From the NCBI GenBank assembly GCA_004195035.1, contig SGBD01000003.1, positions 133,981 through 165,980 of the forward strand: DNA of 32,000 nt, written 5' to 3'. Positions 17,656 to 27,129 of the stretch are shown piece after piece. The notes under the pieces are model-generated. The model searched no databases, was not told the origin of the DNA, and was given only the letters and a program-made list of their open reading frames with translations. The DNA comes from Candidatus Acidulodesulfobacterium ferriphilum. GTDB lineage: Bacteria > SZUA-79 > Acidulodesulfobacterales > Acidulodesulfobacteraceae. How positions within the stretch are numbered: the first letter of the stretch is position 1; each line of letters starts with the position of its first letter. Position numbers and translations under genes: made by a program.

Positions 17656-19137
17656 ATGAAAAAGGTAGTTATTGCCCTTGATTTGGGTACTACGGGCAAC
17701 AGAGCTATAGCTTTTAACAAAGATGCCGTCATTACCGCCAGTTCTTATTATGAATTTCCGCAAATTTATCCCAAGCCTGCATGGGCTGAACAAAATCCGT
17801 ACGATATTCTAAATTCCGCCGTAAAAGCCCTTAAGGAAACTATTGAAAAATGTAATTCGTATGAGATAACCTCCGTTTGCATTACAAACCAGAGAGAAAC
17901 CGTCATATTGTGGAATAAAAGAACAGGGAAACCTGTTTATAATGCCATAGTCTGGCAATGCAGACGGACTGCAAAGTATTGCGAGGATTTAAGGGAATTT
18001 AGCCGTGGTATAAAAGAAAAAACAGGTTTATTTTTAGATCCGTATTTTTCTGCAACCAAAATCAGGTGGATAATGGATAATGTTAAAGGCGTTAAAAGTT
18101 TAACGGACAGAGGGGAAATAGCCTTTGGAACGGTCGATAGCTGGATTTTGTGGAATTTAACGGGCGGGAAAGTCCACGCTACGGACGCTTCAAATGCTTC
18201 GCGGACGCTTTTATATAACATTAACACATTAAAATACGATGAAGAACTTCTTGAAATATTTAATATTCCCTGGTCGGTTCTTCCGGAGGTGGGCGACAGC
18301 AACCGCAATTTCGGCTGCACGGATAAGTCTGCGGCAGGCAAATCCATTCCCATAATCGGAATTTTGGGCGATCAGCAGGCTTCCCTGTTTGCCCACGGCG
18401 GCTTTGAAACGGGCATAATAAAAAATACATACGGAACGGGGCTTTTTGCGATGATAGAAACCGGCAATAAAATTTATAACTCTAAGAAATTGATTTCGAC
18501 GATTGCATGGAAATTGGACAGCCTCCCGTATTACGCTCTGGAAGGAAGCATTTTTACCGGCGGCGAGATTATACGCTATATTAAAGACAATTTTAACTTT
18601 ATAAATTCGGCAGGGGAATCTTCCGATGCGGCTAACGGCATAGATTCCAACGGCGGCGTATATTTTGTTCCGGCGTTAACCGGTCTTGGCGCGCCGTTTT
18701 GGGACCCGTGCGCAAGAGGGCTGATTATCGGCCTTACAGGCGCCGCCTCCAAAAACCATATTATCAGGGCGGCATTAGAATCGTTAGCTTATCAAACAAA
18801 AGATGTTATTTTGGAATTTAAAAATTCGTTAAAAAAAGATTTGAACTTATCAAAATATAAATTAAGGGTCGATGGAAAAGCAAGCGAAAACGAGTTTTTA
18901 ATGCAGTTTCAGTCCGATATTTTAAATATGACCGTCGAAAAAACGGTTTTTACGGAGATGACGGCCTTTGGAGCCGCTGGGCTTAGCGCAATAACCACCG
19001 GCTTTTGGACAATCGACGAATTTTATAATCTTAAAAAAATAGAGCGTGTTTATAATCCGCAAATGGACGATAAAACAAGAAACGGTTATTATGACAGGTG
19101 GAAAAGGGCAGTGTCAAAATCTTTGAAATGGGCATAG
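17656..19137 (+). CDS. glpK: Glycerol kinase
   Basis: 493 aa; IALDLGTTGNRAIAF, CITNQRETVILWNKRTGKPVYNAIVWQCRRT, GILGDQQASLFAHGGF…KNTYGTGLF. Confidence 0.95.
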   Translation: MKKVVIALDLGTTGNRAIAFNKDAVITASSYYEFPQIYPKPAWAEQNPYDILNSAVKALKETIEKCNSYEITSVCITNQRETVILWNKRTGKPVYNAIVWQCRRTAKYCEDLREFSRGIKEKTGLFLDPYFSATKIRWIMDNVKGVKSLTDRGEIAFGTVDSWILWNLTGGKVHATDASNASRTLLYNINTLKYDEELLEIFNIPWSVLPEVGDSNRNFGCTDKSAAGKSIPIIGILGDQQASLFAHGGFETGIIKNTYGTGLFAMIETGNKIYNSKKLISTIAWKLDSLPYYALEGSIFTGGEIIRYIKDNFNFINSAGESSDAANGIDSNGGVYFVPALTGLGAPFWDPCARGLIIGLTGAASKNHIIRAALESLAYQTKDVILEFKNSLKKDLNLSKYKLRVDGKASENEFLMQFQSDILNMTVEKTVFTEMTAFGAAGLSAITTGFWTIDEFYNLKKIERVYNPQMDDKTRNGYYDRWKRAVSKSLKWA

Positions 19138-19151
19138 TAATGGATTAAAGT

Positions 19152-19180
19152 TAGACAAGCAGTGTTCAATGTGATATAAT
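19152..19180 (+). promoter_or_regulatory. Candidate promoter TAGACA-N17-TATAAT upstream of the exported TPR protein
   Basis: -35-like 19152-19157, spacer 17, perfect -10 19175-19180, 53 bp upstream of the ATG. Confidence 0.5.
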
Positions 19181-19233
19181 TTAGTCTAAGTTTAAGGATG
19201 TCCAATTAAAAATAAGTTAAATAAGGGGGTAAA

Positions 19234-19593
19234 ATGCGTAAAATTACTATCTTAACTTTAATTTTAATATTATCCTTGGTTGTATTTTCAAAAGATTCTT
19301 GGGCAGCCAAAATGTCAGGCCAGGCCAATGTCCATAGCGCTAAATTTCAATATGAAAAAGGCCTTGGCGCAATGAAAGGGGGTTATTACTATACTGCGGT
19401 TCAACATTTTCAAAAGGCTATTCTTGTAAAACCGCATTTCGCATTAGCCTGGGCGCAGATGGGGGTGGCTTTATATAAACTTGGGTTTCCGTCTCTGGGC
19501 ATAGTCAGTCTTCAAAAGGGGTTAAAATATAATCCAAATATCAAATGGGCAAAAATTAAATTAAAAGAATACCTTGCCTCTCCAAAAAGATAA
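19234..19593 (+). CDS. Small exported TPR protein
   Basis: 119 aa; signal peptide ending DSWAAK, then FQYEKGLGAMKGGYYYTAVQHFQKAILVKPHFALAWAQMGVALYKLG. Confidence 0.75.
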   Translation: MRKITILTLILILSLVVFSKDSWAAKMSGQANVHSAKFQYEKGLGAMKGGYYYTAVQHFQKAILVKPHFALAWAQMGVALYKLGFPSLGIVSLQKGLKYNPNIKWAKIKLKEYLASPKR

Positions 19594-19597
19594 CTAA

Positions 19598-20524
19598 ATG
19601 ATTTTTGATAAAGTTGAAGCCGGGGGTAAACCCGCAGGTTCTTACAGGGGTTTTGGCAAATTTGCAAAGTCATCCATATTTAAAAACATTATCAAAGAAA
19701 AGGCTTTGAGTCTTAATATCGCTTTTGTCTGCTTTTACGGATCAAGAAATTATAACCTTGAAACAGACAAAAGCGATTATGATTTTTTTATTGTCTATTA
19801 TCCCGCCTTTGATAATTTCTACGCCAATAGATTTGAAAGATTTTCGGTTATAGAAAAGGAGTACGACTATTTTATAACCCCGATCCATGAATACTTTAAC
19901 CATGCAATGAAGGGTAATATAAAGTTTATAGAACCTATCATATGCGGGACGGTTTTTGAGATAAAGAATTTTAAAGCCGTAAAGGTCAGAGATGACGGCA
20001 AAGCTCCCGGACGATTCCGTCCCCGTGAAGTTCCTTCGGGACTTTCCGGATTATTAGAAAAAGTAAGAAAATTTATTTTGATTAATTATAAAAAAAATTT
20101 TAATGCTATGATGGGAATAGTAAATAACAAAAAACTAAATATCGTTAAAGGATTGTACACATCAAGCACATTAAAATACAAAGAGACTCACGGGTATGAC
20201 ATTAAAGAGGCAATAAATTCTTTAAGGATACTTTGCTTACTTGAAAATTATATTAAAAGCGGACAGTTCTCTTTCAGGGTTAAAGGAAACCCTGTTTATA
20301 AAGAGTTTGAAGATTATATGCTTAAAATAAACGAGGGGATTATCTCGAAAGAGATTTATTTAGAAATAGTAGGTAAAAAAGTAAACGATGTTTTAAAATT
20401 AAAAAATAACTTAGATATATTATATGAAGAGCAAAAACAGGCTGTCATAGAAGCCGAAGAAGAAATTAAAGATTGCGTTAAGAAACTTTGCAGAGATTAT
20501 ATCTGTTTTGCAAAACAGATATAA
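19598..20524 (+). CDS. Predicted nucleotidyltransferase (RlaP/YcgL-like)
   Basis: 308 aa; CFYGSRNYNLETDKSDYDFFIVYYP fits the GSxxYxLxxxxSDxD family; second Asp in EYDYFITPIHEY. Confidence 0.7.
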   Translation: MIFDKVEAGGKPAGSYRGFGKFAKSSIFKNIIKEKALSLNIAFVCFYGSRNYNLETDKSDYDFFIVYYPAFDNFYANRFERFSVIEKEYDYFITPIHEYFNHAMKGNIKFIEPIICGTVFEIKNFKAVKVRDDGKAPGRFRPREVPSGLSGLLEKVRKFILINYKKNFNAMMGIVNNKKLNIVKGLYTSSTLKYKETHGYDIKEAINSLRILCLLENYIKSGQFSFRVKGNPVYKEFEDYMLKINEGIISKEIYLEIVGKKVNDVLKLKNNLDILYEEQKQAVIEAEEEIKDCVKKLCRDYICFAKQI

Positions 20525-20545
20525 TATGTTATATAATTATTAATT

Positions 20546-21010
20546 ATGGGTGTTTTAGCAAAAATATTTTTTTCTATTTTAATTTATCTGTTTGTCGAGA
20601 TTTATGTCTTTGTGGAGGCTTCTATCCTGATAGGCTTTTTTCCCGCCGCTATTTTGCTAATTTCCTTTAGCATAATAGGGTATATGATTACAAAAAGAAT
20701 AAAAGGCATCTCTTTTCAAAAAGCGGCGGCGGATTACGCAAACGGCGAATCCCCGTCTAAAAATTTAGTTAAGACGGCAGGTTTTTTTATAGCGGGCGTG
20801 CTGTTTCTTATGCCCGGGTTTATTACCGATTTTATTGCAATACTTTTTTTAATCCCATTTTTAAACTATTATTTAATGTATTTAATTTTTAGATATTTTA
20901 AAAATAAATTTAATGGTTCCTATGTCTATCAAAGTCAAAACGGGGGCGGTGATTTTAATGGCGGCGCTTTCACATTTATTTCGCTGCCTTTTAAAAAGAA
21001 CGGAAAATAA
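20546..21010 (+). CDS. fxsA: FxsA-family inner-membrane protein
   Basis: 154 aa; VEIYVFVEASILIGFFPAAILLISFSIIGYMI and FFIAGVLFLMPGFITDFIAILFLIP are FxsA hallmarks. Confidence 0.88.
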   Translation: MGVLAKIFFSILIYLFVEIYVFVEASILIGFFPAAILLISFSIIGYMITKRIKGISFQKAAADYANGESPSKNLVKTAGFFIAGVLFLMPGFITDFIAILFLIPFLNYYLMYLIFRYFKNKFNGSYVYQSQNGGGDFNGGAFTFISLPFKKNGK

Positions 21011-21013
21011 TAT

Positions 21014-21373
21014 ATGTATAAAATTTTACTAAAATCAAAAATTCACAGGGTTAAGATAACCGATGCCAATCTTGAATACGAGGGCTCTATTTCCATAGAT
21101 GAGGAACTTATGGATAAAGCCAATATTTTGCCGTATGAGAAAGTTAATATTTGGGATATAAACAACGGCAAAAGGTTCGAGACATACGCGATCCCCGCTA
21201 CGAAACACTCGGGGGATATTGTCGTTAACGGGGCCGCTTCAAGAATGGTTCAGGTAAACGACATTATAATTATTGCAACCTTCGGGCTTTATGACGAAAA
21301 AGAGCTAAACGGATTTAAACCCACGCTGGTTTATGTTGACGGGAAGAATCACATAAGCGATGTGGTTAAATAA
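21014..21373 (+). CDS. panD: Aspartate 1-decarboxylase
   Basis: 119 aa; LLKSKIHRVKITDANLEYEGSISIDEELMDKANI (self-cleaving G-S site), NGKRFETYAI, GDIVVNGAASR. Confidence 0.96.
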   Translation: MYKILLKSKIHRVKITDANLEYEGSISIDEELMDKANILPYEKVNIWDINNGKRFETYAIPATKHSGDIVVNGAASRMVQVNDIIIIATFGLYDEKELNGFKPTLVYVDGKNHISDVVK

Positions 21374-21493
21374 TTTCGTATATTTATAGTATTTATCATT
21401 CGTCATTTCGCAGGACGCGGGAAGGGCGAACGGATTTTTGCCACAAATGCCTGAGCGGCACGGATTTGCGCCTATGGCCCGAACGAGACGTAA

Positions 21494-22789
21494 ATGATTA
21501 AAAAGTATTTTGCCGATTATATCTTTATATCTCAGGCGGCTTCCCAGCCGTTTATCGAAAACGGCGAGCTAATAGCGGATGAAATATCCGGCAAAATTTT
21601 ATCCGTTCTGAAAAGCAATAAAAAAAACTATCCGTCCGTGGAAAGAAGTGGGGATTTCCGAACAATCATCATCCCCGGCTTTATAAACTCTCATACCCAT
21701 ACCGATCTTACTATTAAACCCGATGATAAAACGCCCGAAGTCTTTTCAAAATGGGTCATGTCTTTAATAGAAAAAAGGAAATCCTTCAGCCCCGATAAAC
21801 AAAATAGGCTCAGGATTAAAGCTTTTAAGGAGTTTGTAAAAAGCGGGACGACTCTTATCGGCGATATAATCCCGTTAGATTCATTTTATAATATAAACGA
21901 CTCCCTTTTAAAAACCAAACTTGTTCCTAAGGTTAAGGGGTTTATTGAATTAAGGGGTCTTGACCCTCTCCGCGCGCCTGCAATATTAAATGAATTTAGA
22001 GCGTTTCATAAAAAATACAATAATATTTTAAGGAAAAGCAAAAATTATTTTTCCTTGGGCATTTCTCCTCATTCTATCTATTCCGTATCGGAAGAGCTGT
22101 TTAAAGAAATAATAAAAGAAAATTCAAAAATAAGGCTTAAAGTAGCAATCCATGTCTCCGAACATTTGGCCGAAACCCTGTTTATATCGGGAAACGGCGG
22201 GGATATAGCAGTCAATCTTTTACCGGCATTAAATCTGACCAAATTTTCAAAACCGCTTAAAATATTTTCGTCACCCATATCTTATCTGGATTATTTAAAA
22301 ATCTTGAATCAAAATACATCGATAATTCATGCGAATGAAATAAACGATGAGGATATCGAGATTATAAAAAAATCAGGCGCGAATATTATTCACTGTCCGA
22401 GAAGCAACGCCTTTTTTAATTCAAAAAAACTTCCGTTAAAAAAAATATTAGATAAAGGCATTACGGTTTCATTGGGGACGGATAGCCTGTATTCAAATAA
22501 AACGCTGAGCATCCTTGACGAACTCAGGTATGCAAAAAAAATACATTCCGATATTTCTTCTAAAGACTTATTTGCTATGGCAACGATTAACGGCGCTAAA
22601 ATCCTTTCTTTTCCAAATGTTACCGGAACGCTGGAGCCAAATTCTTACGGGGATTTTACCGTTTTTAAAATAGATAAAAATATAAAAGTAAACGAAGGCA
22701 ATATCTATGATAATATATTATCGTTTAAAAAAACTGACATAATAAAGATTGTAATAAACGGAAATGTTGTCTATAATAAACTTAATTAA
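21494..22789 (+). CDS. Amidohydrolase-superfamily deaminase (S-adenosylhomocysteine/aminodeoxyfutalosine deaminase-like)
   Basis: 431 aa; IIPGFINSHTHTD, AIHVSEHLAE, IIHANEINDEDIEIIKKSGANIIHCPRSNAFF, VSLGTDSLYSNKTLSILDELRYA. Confidence 0.8.
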   Translation: MIKKYFADYIFISQAASQPFIENGELIADEISGKILSVLKSNKKNYPSVERSGDFRTIIIPGFINSHTHTDLTIKPDDKTPEVFSKWVMSLIEKRKSFSPDKQNRLRIKAFKEFVKSGTTLIGDIIPLDSFYNINDSLLKTKLVPKVKGFIELRGLDPLRAPAILNEFRAFHKKYNNILRKSKNYFSLGISPHSIYSVSEELFKEIIKENSKIRLKVAIHVSEHLAETLFISGNGGDIAVNLLPALNLTKFSKPLKIFSSPISYLDYLKILNQNTSIIHANEINDEDIEIIKKSGANIIHCPRSNAFFNSKKLPLKKILDKGITVSLGTDSLYSNKTLSILDELRYAKKIHSDISSKDLFAMATINGAKILSFPNVTGTLEPNSYGDFTVFKIDKNIKVNEGNIYDNILSFKKTDIIKIVINGNVVYNKLN

Positions 22790-22873
22790 ATGAGGTAATA
22801 CTATTTATAATAATTATAATAAATATAAATATATGAATATTTGATTAAATTATATTATAAAATTAAACTTGCG

Positions 22874-23704
22874 ATGAACATTATAACGAGTATTGCCGAA
22901 ATGAAAAAAATTTCAAAGGATTTAAAGGAATCATCGAGGCAGATTTCTTTCATTCCTACGATGGGTAAGCTTCATGACGGACATCTAAAGCTTATAGAAG
23001 AAGGCAAAAAATACGGCGAAGTTATCGTTTCGATTTTTGTCAACCCTGCACAGTTTGGTCATGATGAAGATTTTGAGAATTATCCGAGAGATTTCGAGAA
23101 TGATGTTAAAATATTAAAAGATTTAAATATCGGTTATCTTTTTCATCCGCAGGCAGATATAATCAAAAATACGGCGACATTTTTAATTAACCCCGAATAT
23201 GCGAACAGGCTTGAGGGCGTTTTCAGGCCAACCCATTTTCAGGGCGTCCTTACGATAGTGATGAAACTATTTTGTATAATAAATCCGGATTTTGCTTTTT
23301 TCGGACTGAAAGATTACCAGCAATATATTTTAATAAAGAAAATGGTTGAAGATTATTTTCTGGATGTAAGGGTAATCCCTGTTCCTACCGTAAGGGAAAA
23401 GTGCGGACTTGCAATGAGTTCAAGAAACGCGTATCTCGATGAAAAGGATAAAAAAATTGCCTGCAATTTTTACGGGTCGTTAAAAAAAACAACAGATTTA
23501 TTTAAGGCGGGCGAAATATCGGGAGAAAAGCTGACCGTTTCAGCCATAAAAGAATTGATTAAAAGTGGATTTAAAATAGATTATATAAAAATTATGGACC
23601 AAGGGTTAAATACTGAAAAACGAACCGTTGATTCCGGCGATATTCTGCTCGCCGCCGCAAAATTTAAAGGAGTAAGGCTGATAGACAATATTTTTTTCGA
23701 ATAA
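22874..23704 (+). CDS. panC: Pantothenate synthetase
   Basis: FIPTMGKLHDGHLKLI, SIFVNPAQFG…DFENYPR, GLKDYQQ, AMSSRNAYL. The ATG at 22874 is preferred over the track start 22841. Confidence 0.94.
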   Translation: MNIITSIAEMKKISKDLKESSRQISFIPTMGKLHDGHLKLIEEGKKYGEVIVSIFVNPAQFGHDEDFENYPRDFENDVKILKDLNIGYLFHPQADIIKNTATFLINPEYANRLEGVFRPTHFQGVLTIVMKLFCIINPDFAFFGLKDYQQYILIKKMVEDYFLDVRVIPVPTVREKCGLAMSSRNAYLDEKDKKIACNFYGSLKKTTDLFKAGEISGEKLTVSAIKELIKSGFKIDYIKIMDQGLNTEKRTVDSGDILLAAAKFKGVRLIDNIFFE

Positions 23705-23775
23705 TTTCCTAAAGATTTCAAGTAATTTTAATTTGAATTTTTAAAAAAATAAAAAATGGGGAGTAAGGAGGTCTT

Positions 23776-24759
23776 ATGTTCAAAAATCTTTCTTTAAAAA
23801 CTAAATTTACCCTGATTATGGCGATTGTCGGATTCGCGGCAATTCTTGCCAGCCTGATCTGGACTTTAAGTTTATTTCATTATTTCGGCAGGAAAGTTCT
23901 TATCCATGAAGCACACATAATATTAAATTTTGAAAATTCCACCAGATATTATGTTTCTCAAAAATTAAGGCCGGAGGCGATAAATAGAAATAATAATTTT
24001 AATAACATACCCTATGATGCCGACGATATAGGCAGAAATGCAAAACTGCAAAAAATAATAAGCGAAAATAACGATTTTTATATACACGCTTATTCGGGGA
24101 CATCCGTTGCCATGCATGTAGGAAAATTAATGAGGGAATTCGTGCCCCCCTTCATTTATTCGGAACCCGCGTTGAGTCCGTTGAACTTAAGAGATAAAGC
24201 AAATCCGTTCGAGATTAGCGTTATAGGTAAATTTAAATCTAATCCGTCTTTAAAATCAGTCAGCGGCTTTCATGTTTTTAACGGGAAATCATATTTTTAT
24301 TTAATGGAGCCGGTTATCGTCAAGAAAAGCTGCATGGTTTGCCACGGAAATCCGTCAAACCCTTCGCCTATAACCGCGGCGGTAGTAAAAAGATACGGGG
24401 ATACGCACGGCTGGCACTGGAAGGTTGGAACGGCGGCCGGAGTCTTAAGCATCTTAGTTCCGACTAAACACAGGGCAAATATTGCATTGCACAATGCTAT
24501 CATAATAACGACGGCTTTCCTTATCCTATTTATTTTAGCTTTTATAATCGCAATCTATTTTATTAATAAGGCTATCATTAAGCCGATACACGAGATGACC
24601 AAATTGGCGGAGGATGTTTCGGTAGGCAAATCCAACGAAGATTTTAAAGTTAAAGGAAACGACGAAATAGGCGCCCTTGCTAAATCATTTAACAGGCTTA
24701 AAAAGAGCTATTTAAAAGCCGTTCAGTTATTGGCGGATAGAAATAAAGAAAAAAAATAA
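23776..24759 (+). CDS. Membrane protein with Tll0287-like (DUF3365) heme-binding CxxCH domain and C-terminal HAMP; no output domain (copy A)
   Basis: 327 aa; N-terminal TM, SCMVCHGNPSNPSPIT…YGDTHGWHWKVG, second TM, HAMP with KPIHEMTKLAEDVSVGKSNEDFKVKGNDEIGALAKSFNRLKKSYLKAV. Confidence 0.85.
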   Translation: MFKNLSLKTKFTLIMAIVGFAAILASLIWTLSLFHYFGRKVLIHEAHIILNFENSTRYYVSQKLRPEAINRNNNFNNIPYDADDIGRNAKLQKIISENNDFYIHAYSGTSVAMHVGKLMREFVPPFIYSEPALSPLNLRDKANPFEISVIGKFKSNPSLKSVSGFHVFNGKSYFYLMEPVIVKKSCMVCHGNPSNPSPITAAVVKRYGDTHGWHWKVGTAAGVLSILVPTKHRANIALHNAIIITTAFLILFILAFIIAIYFINKAIIKPIHEMTKLAEDVSVGKSNEDFKVKGNDEIGALAKSFNRLKKSYLKAVQLLADRNKEKK

Positions 24760-24783
24760 AAAAACAGGGTTAGGGGAGGTCTT

Positions 24784-25692
24784 ATGTTTAAAAATCTTTC
24801 TTTGAAAAAGAAATTTACCGTAATTATGTTAATTGTCGGGTTCGCTGCAAACTTAACCGTTGCCGTGGGCGCTTTTTATTATATTCAGCAATTTAAGAAA
24901 AACGAGCTGATGCATGAAGCAAAAATGGTTCTTTTTGCGGAAAAGGCGGCAAGAGATTACGATTCCGGCAGTTTAAGACCCGCGGTTATGAAAGCAACCG
25001 ACAAATTTGTTATTCAGGCCGAATCAGCCACATTTTTAGCCCTCGGCGTTGCAAAATTGATTAAAAAGTTTCTGCCTCATTATACATATTCTGAGCCGAC
25101 GCTTAACCCTTTAAATTTAAAAAATAAGGCAAATTCATTTCAGGAAAAAATCATAGACAGGTTTAAATCCAGCCCTTTTTTAAAATCGGTAAGCGGTTAT
25201 CACACATTTAACGGTTTATCTTACTTTTATGTGATGAAGCCCGTTGTGGCAAAACAGGGATGCATGGTTTGCCACGGCAATCCCGAAAATAATTCTCCTA
25301 TAACCCAGGCCATTGTTAAAAAATACGGAGATACGCACGGCTGGCACTGGAAGGTTGGGACGGTCATAGGGGCTCTGAGTGTTTGGGTTCCTACAAAATA
25401 CATAGACCAGGCCGCTGTTAACGATTCTATTATAATAGGCGTCGCAATCTTTGTCCTGCCGTTTTTGGCATTCTTAATAGCGCTTTTATTTATAGACAAA
25501 GTTATTATAAATCCGATACACGATATGGCGAAATTGGCGGAGGATGTTTCGGTCGGCAAGTCAAACGAGGATTTTAAAGCCAGAGGAAACGACGAAATAG
25601 GCGCTCTTGCCAAATCATTTAACAGGCTTAAAAAGAGCTATTTAAAAGCCGTTCAGTTATTGGTGGAGAGAAATAAAGACAAAGATAAATAA
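24784..25692 (+). CDS. Membrane protein with Tll0287-like (DUF3365) heme-binding CxxCH domain and C-terminal HAMP; no output domain (copy B, tandem paralog)
   Basis: 302 aa; same architecture, GCMVCHGNPENNSPIT…YGDTHGWHWKVG; 52-nt exact identity with copy A near the 3' end. Confidence 0.85.
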   Translation: MFKNLSLKKKFTVIMLIVGFAANLTVAVGAFYYIQQFKKNELMHEAKMVLFAEKAARDYDSGSLRPAVMKATDKFVIQAESATFLALGVAKLIKKFLPHYTYSEPTLNPLNLKNKANSFQEKIIDRFKSSPFLKSVSGYHTFNGLSYFYVMKPVVAKQGCMVCHGNPENNSPITQAIVKKYGDTHGWHWKVGTVIGALSVWVPTKYIDQAAVNDSIIIGVAIFVLPFLAFLIALLFIDKVIINPIHDMAKLAEDVSVGKSNEDFKARGNDEIGALAKSFNRLKKSYLKAVQLLVERNKDKDK

Positions 25693-25822
25693 AAATATTT
25701 TTGTTATCCTTGAAAAAATATATTTTCGAGATATACTTAAAGCAGATGCGGTAAAAAAGAAATAATAAGGCGTAATGCTTAAGGTCCTGTTTTATCTAAC
25801 GGGATGCGGGGTTTACAGGCAA

Positions 25823-27109
25823 ATGGAAAATAAAAATAGCTTGAAGGTTACTCTTGTGTTTAATCGGGATTTGTTAAATAAAGCCGAAATAAAAAAGATA
25901 ATCTATGTTAAAATTCCCGACGAGAAAAAGAAAAATAATTTAATTAAAAAATTAGAAGTAAAGGCCTTAGATGAAAATATCCGGTTTCAAAAAAGAAAGC
26001 TTCCGCAGTCTTTTAATCCCGTATTTAAAGGGCATATCCTTTTTTCAGAAAAAATAGAATTAAGCGATAAAAAACTTATCGATTTTGCAAATATATTTTT
26101 TGAGAGATTGGAAGAAAATTTTGGAATAAATGTCATAAATTATAGTTTGATAGATGCCAAAAAAGGCGCTCTGAAAGAAAATTACAAATTAAAATTGTTT
26201 GATTTCGAGATATTTAATTATAATTTTATTGAGCATAGGGCTATAAAAAAGGGGTTAACCGTCGCAGGCGGCGCAAAAGAAATTAACGAACTTGCGGAAA
26301 CCATTTTTGTTAAACCGGAATTAAAAATTAGAGTCAGAGAGAAAAAACCTGCAAAGCCCGCCCTGAAAAAGGCGTTTAAGATAAAAGAGGAAAAGGCGCT
26401 TAAAACACCGGGGGAAAAAGCCAAACCTAAAAAAATCGTTAATAAAAAAGCCATCCGCGGTAAAGCAGTAAAAGAAAATGAGCCTGCCGAGGCTTTCAGG
26501 GCATTTGAAGCCCCCGAAGAACAGGCAGCCGGAGCGGTAGAAGTTAGCGAAGCCAATACTTCCGCCGGTACCCGCGAACAGGTAAGCTTAATCTCTTTGA
26601 ATTGGAGCTTATTAAGCCCGTCAGAAAGCCTTCCTGTGCTTGAGAATGGCGAGCCTGAGGAGATAAGGCAAAATAGCTGGGTAAGGATTTATTTTCAAAA
26701 ACCGAGCGTCAGGCAGGTTGTTTGGAGATTAAGGGATAAACCGGGAACAAATTCTGCGAGACCTATTCTAAGAGTTTATGTCGATGATAAAATGCTTTGG
26801 TATGAACTGTTAGATAATCAATTTGGAAGCAGGTACATTATTTTTCCCGATGATTATGAATTAGCTAAGACATGGGTGGAGATCGGATATATATTAGAAA
26901 AAGGGGAATTTATATTTATAGCGAGAAGTCCTATCTGGCCGCCTGCCTGCTTATTTAAAAGGCTGCCGAAAATAAATTCCAAAAAAAGAATTCCTAAAGG
27001 GGTCGCCTTAATAGGCGCAACGGAAAGTATCCCCGGAGGCAGGCATCTTCCGGTTAATTTATCCGGCGGTTCGGGGGCAGGCTTTTTTGTTTCGGGCGCA
27101 GGAAAATAA
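25823..27109 (+). CDS. DUF4912 domain protein with Lys/Ala/Glu-rich linker
   Basis: C-terminal SWVRIYFQKPSVRQVVWRLRDKPG…YELLDNQFGSRYIIFPDDYELAKTWVEIGYILEKGEFIFIARSPIWPP. Track ORF begins at 25775; the start codon is uncertain. Confidence 0.7.
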   Translation: MENKNSLKVTLVFNRDLLNKAEIKKIIYVKIPDEKKKNNLIKKLEVKALDENIRFQKRKLPQSFNPVFKGHILFSEKIELSDKKLIDFANIFFERLEENFGINVINYSLIDAKKGALKENYKLKLFDFEIFNYNFIEHRAIKKGLTVAGGAKEINELAETIFVKPELKIRVREKKPAKPALKKAFKIKEEKALKTPGEKAKPKKIVNKKAIRGKAVKENEPAEAFRAFEAPEEQAAGAVEVSEANTSAGTREQVSLISLNWSLLSPSESLPVLENGEPEEIRQNSWVRIYFQKPSVRQVVWRLRDKPGTNSARPILRVYVDDKMLWYELLDNQFGSRYIIFPDDYELAKTWVEIGYILEKGEFIFIARSPIWPPACLFKRLPKINSKKRIPKGVALIGATESIPGGRHLPVNLSGGSGAGFFVSGAGK

Positions 27110-27129
27110 GTAAGGTAATAATTTTACAT

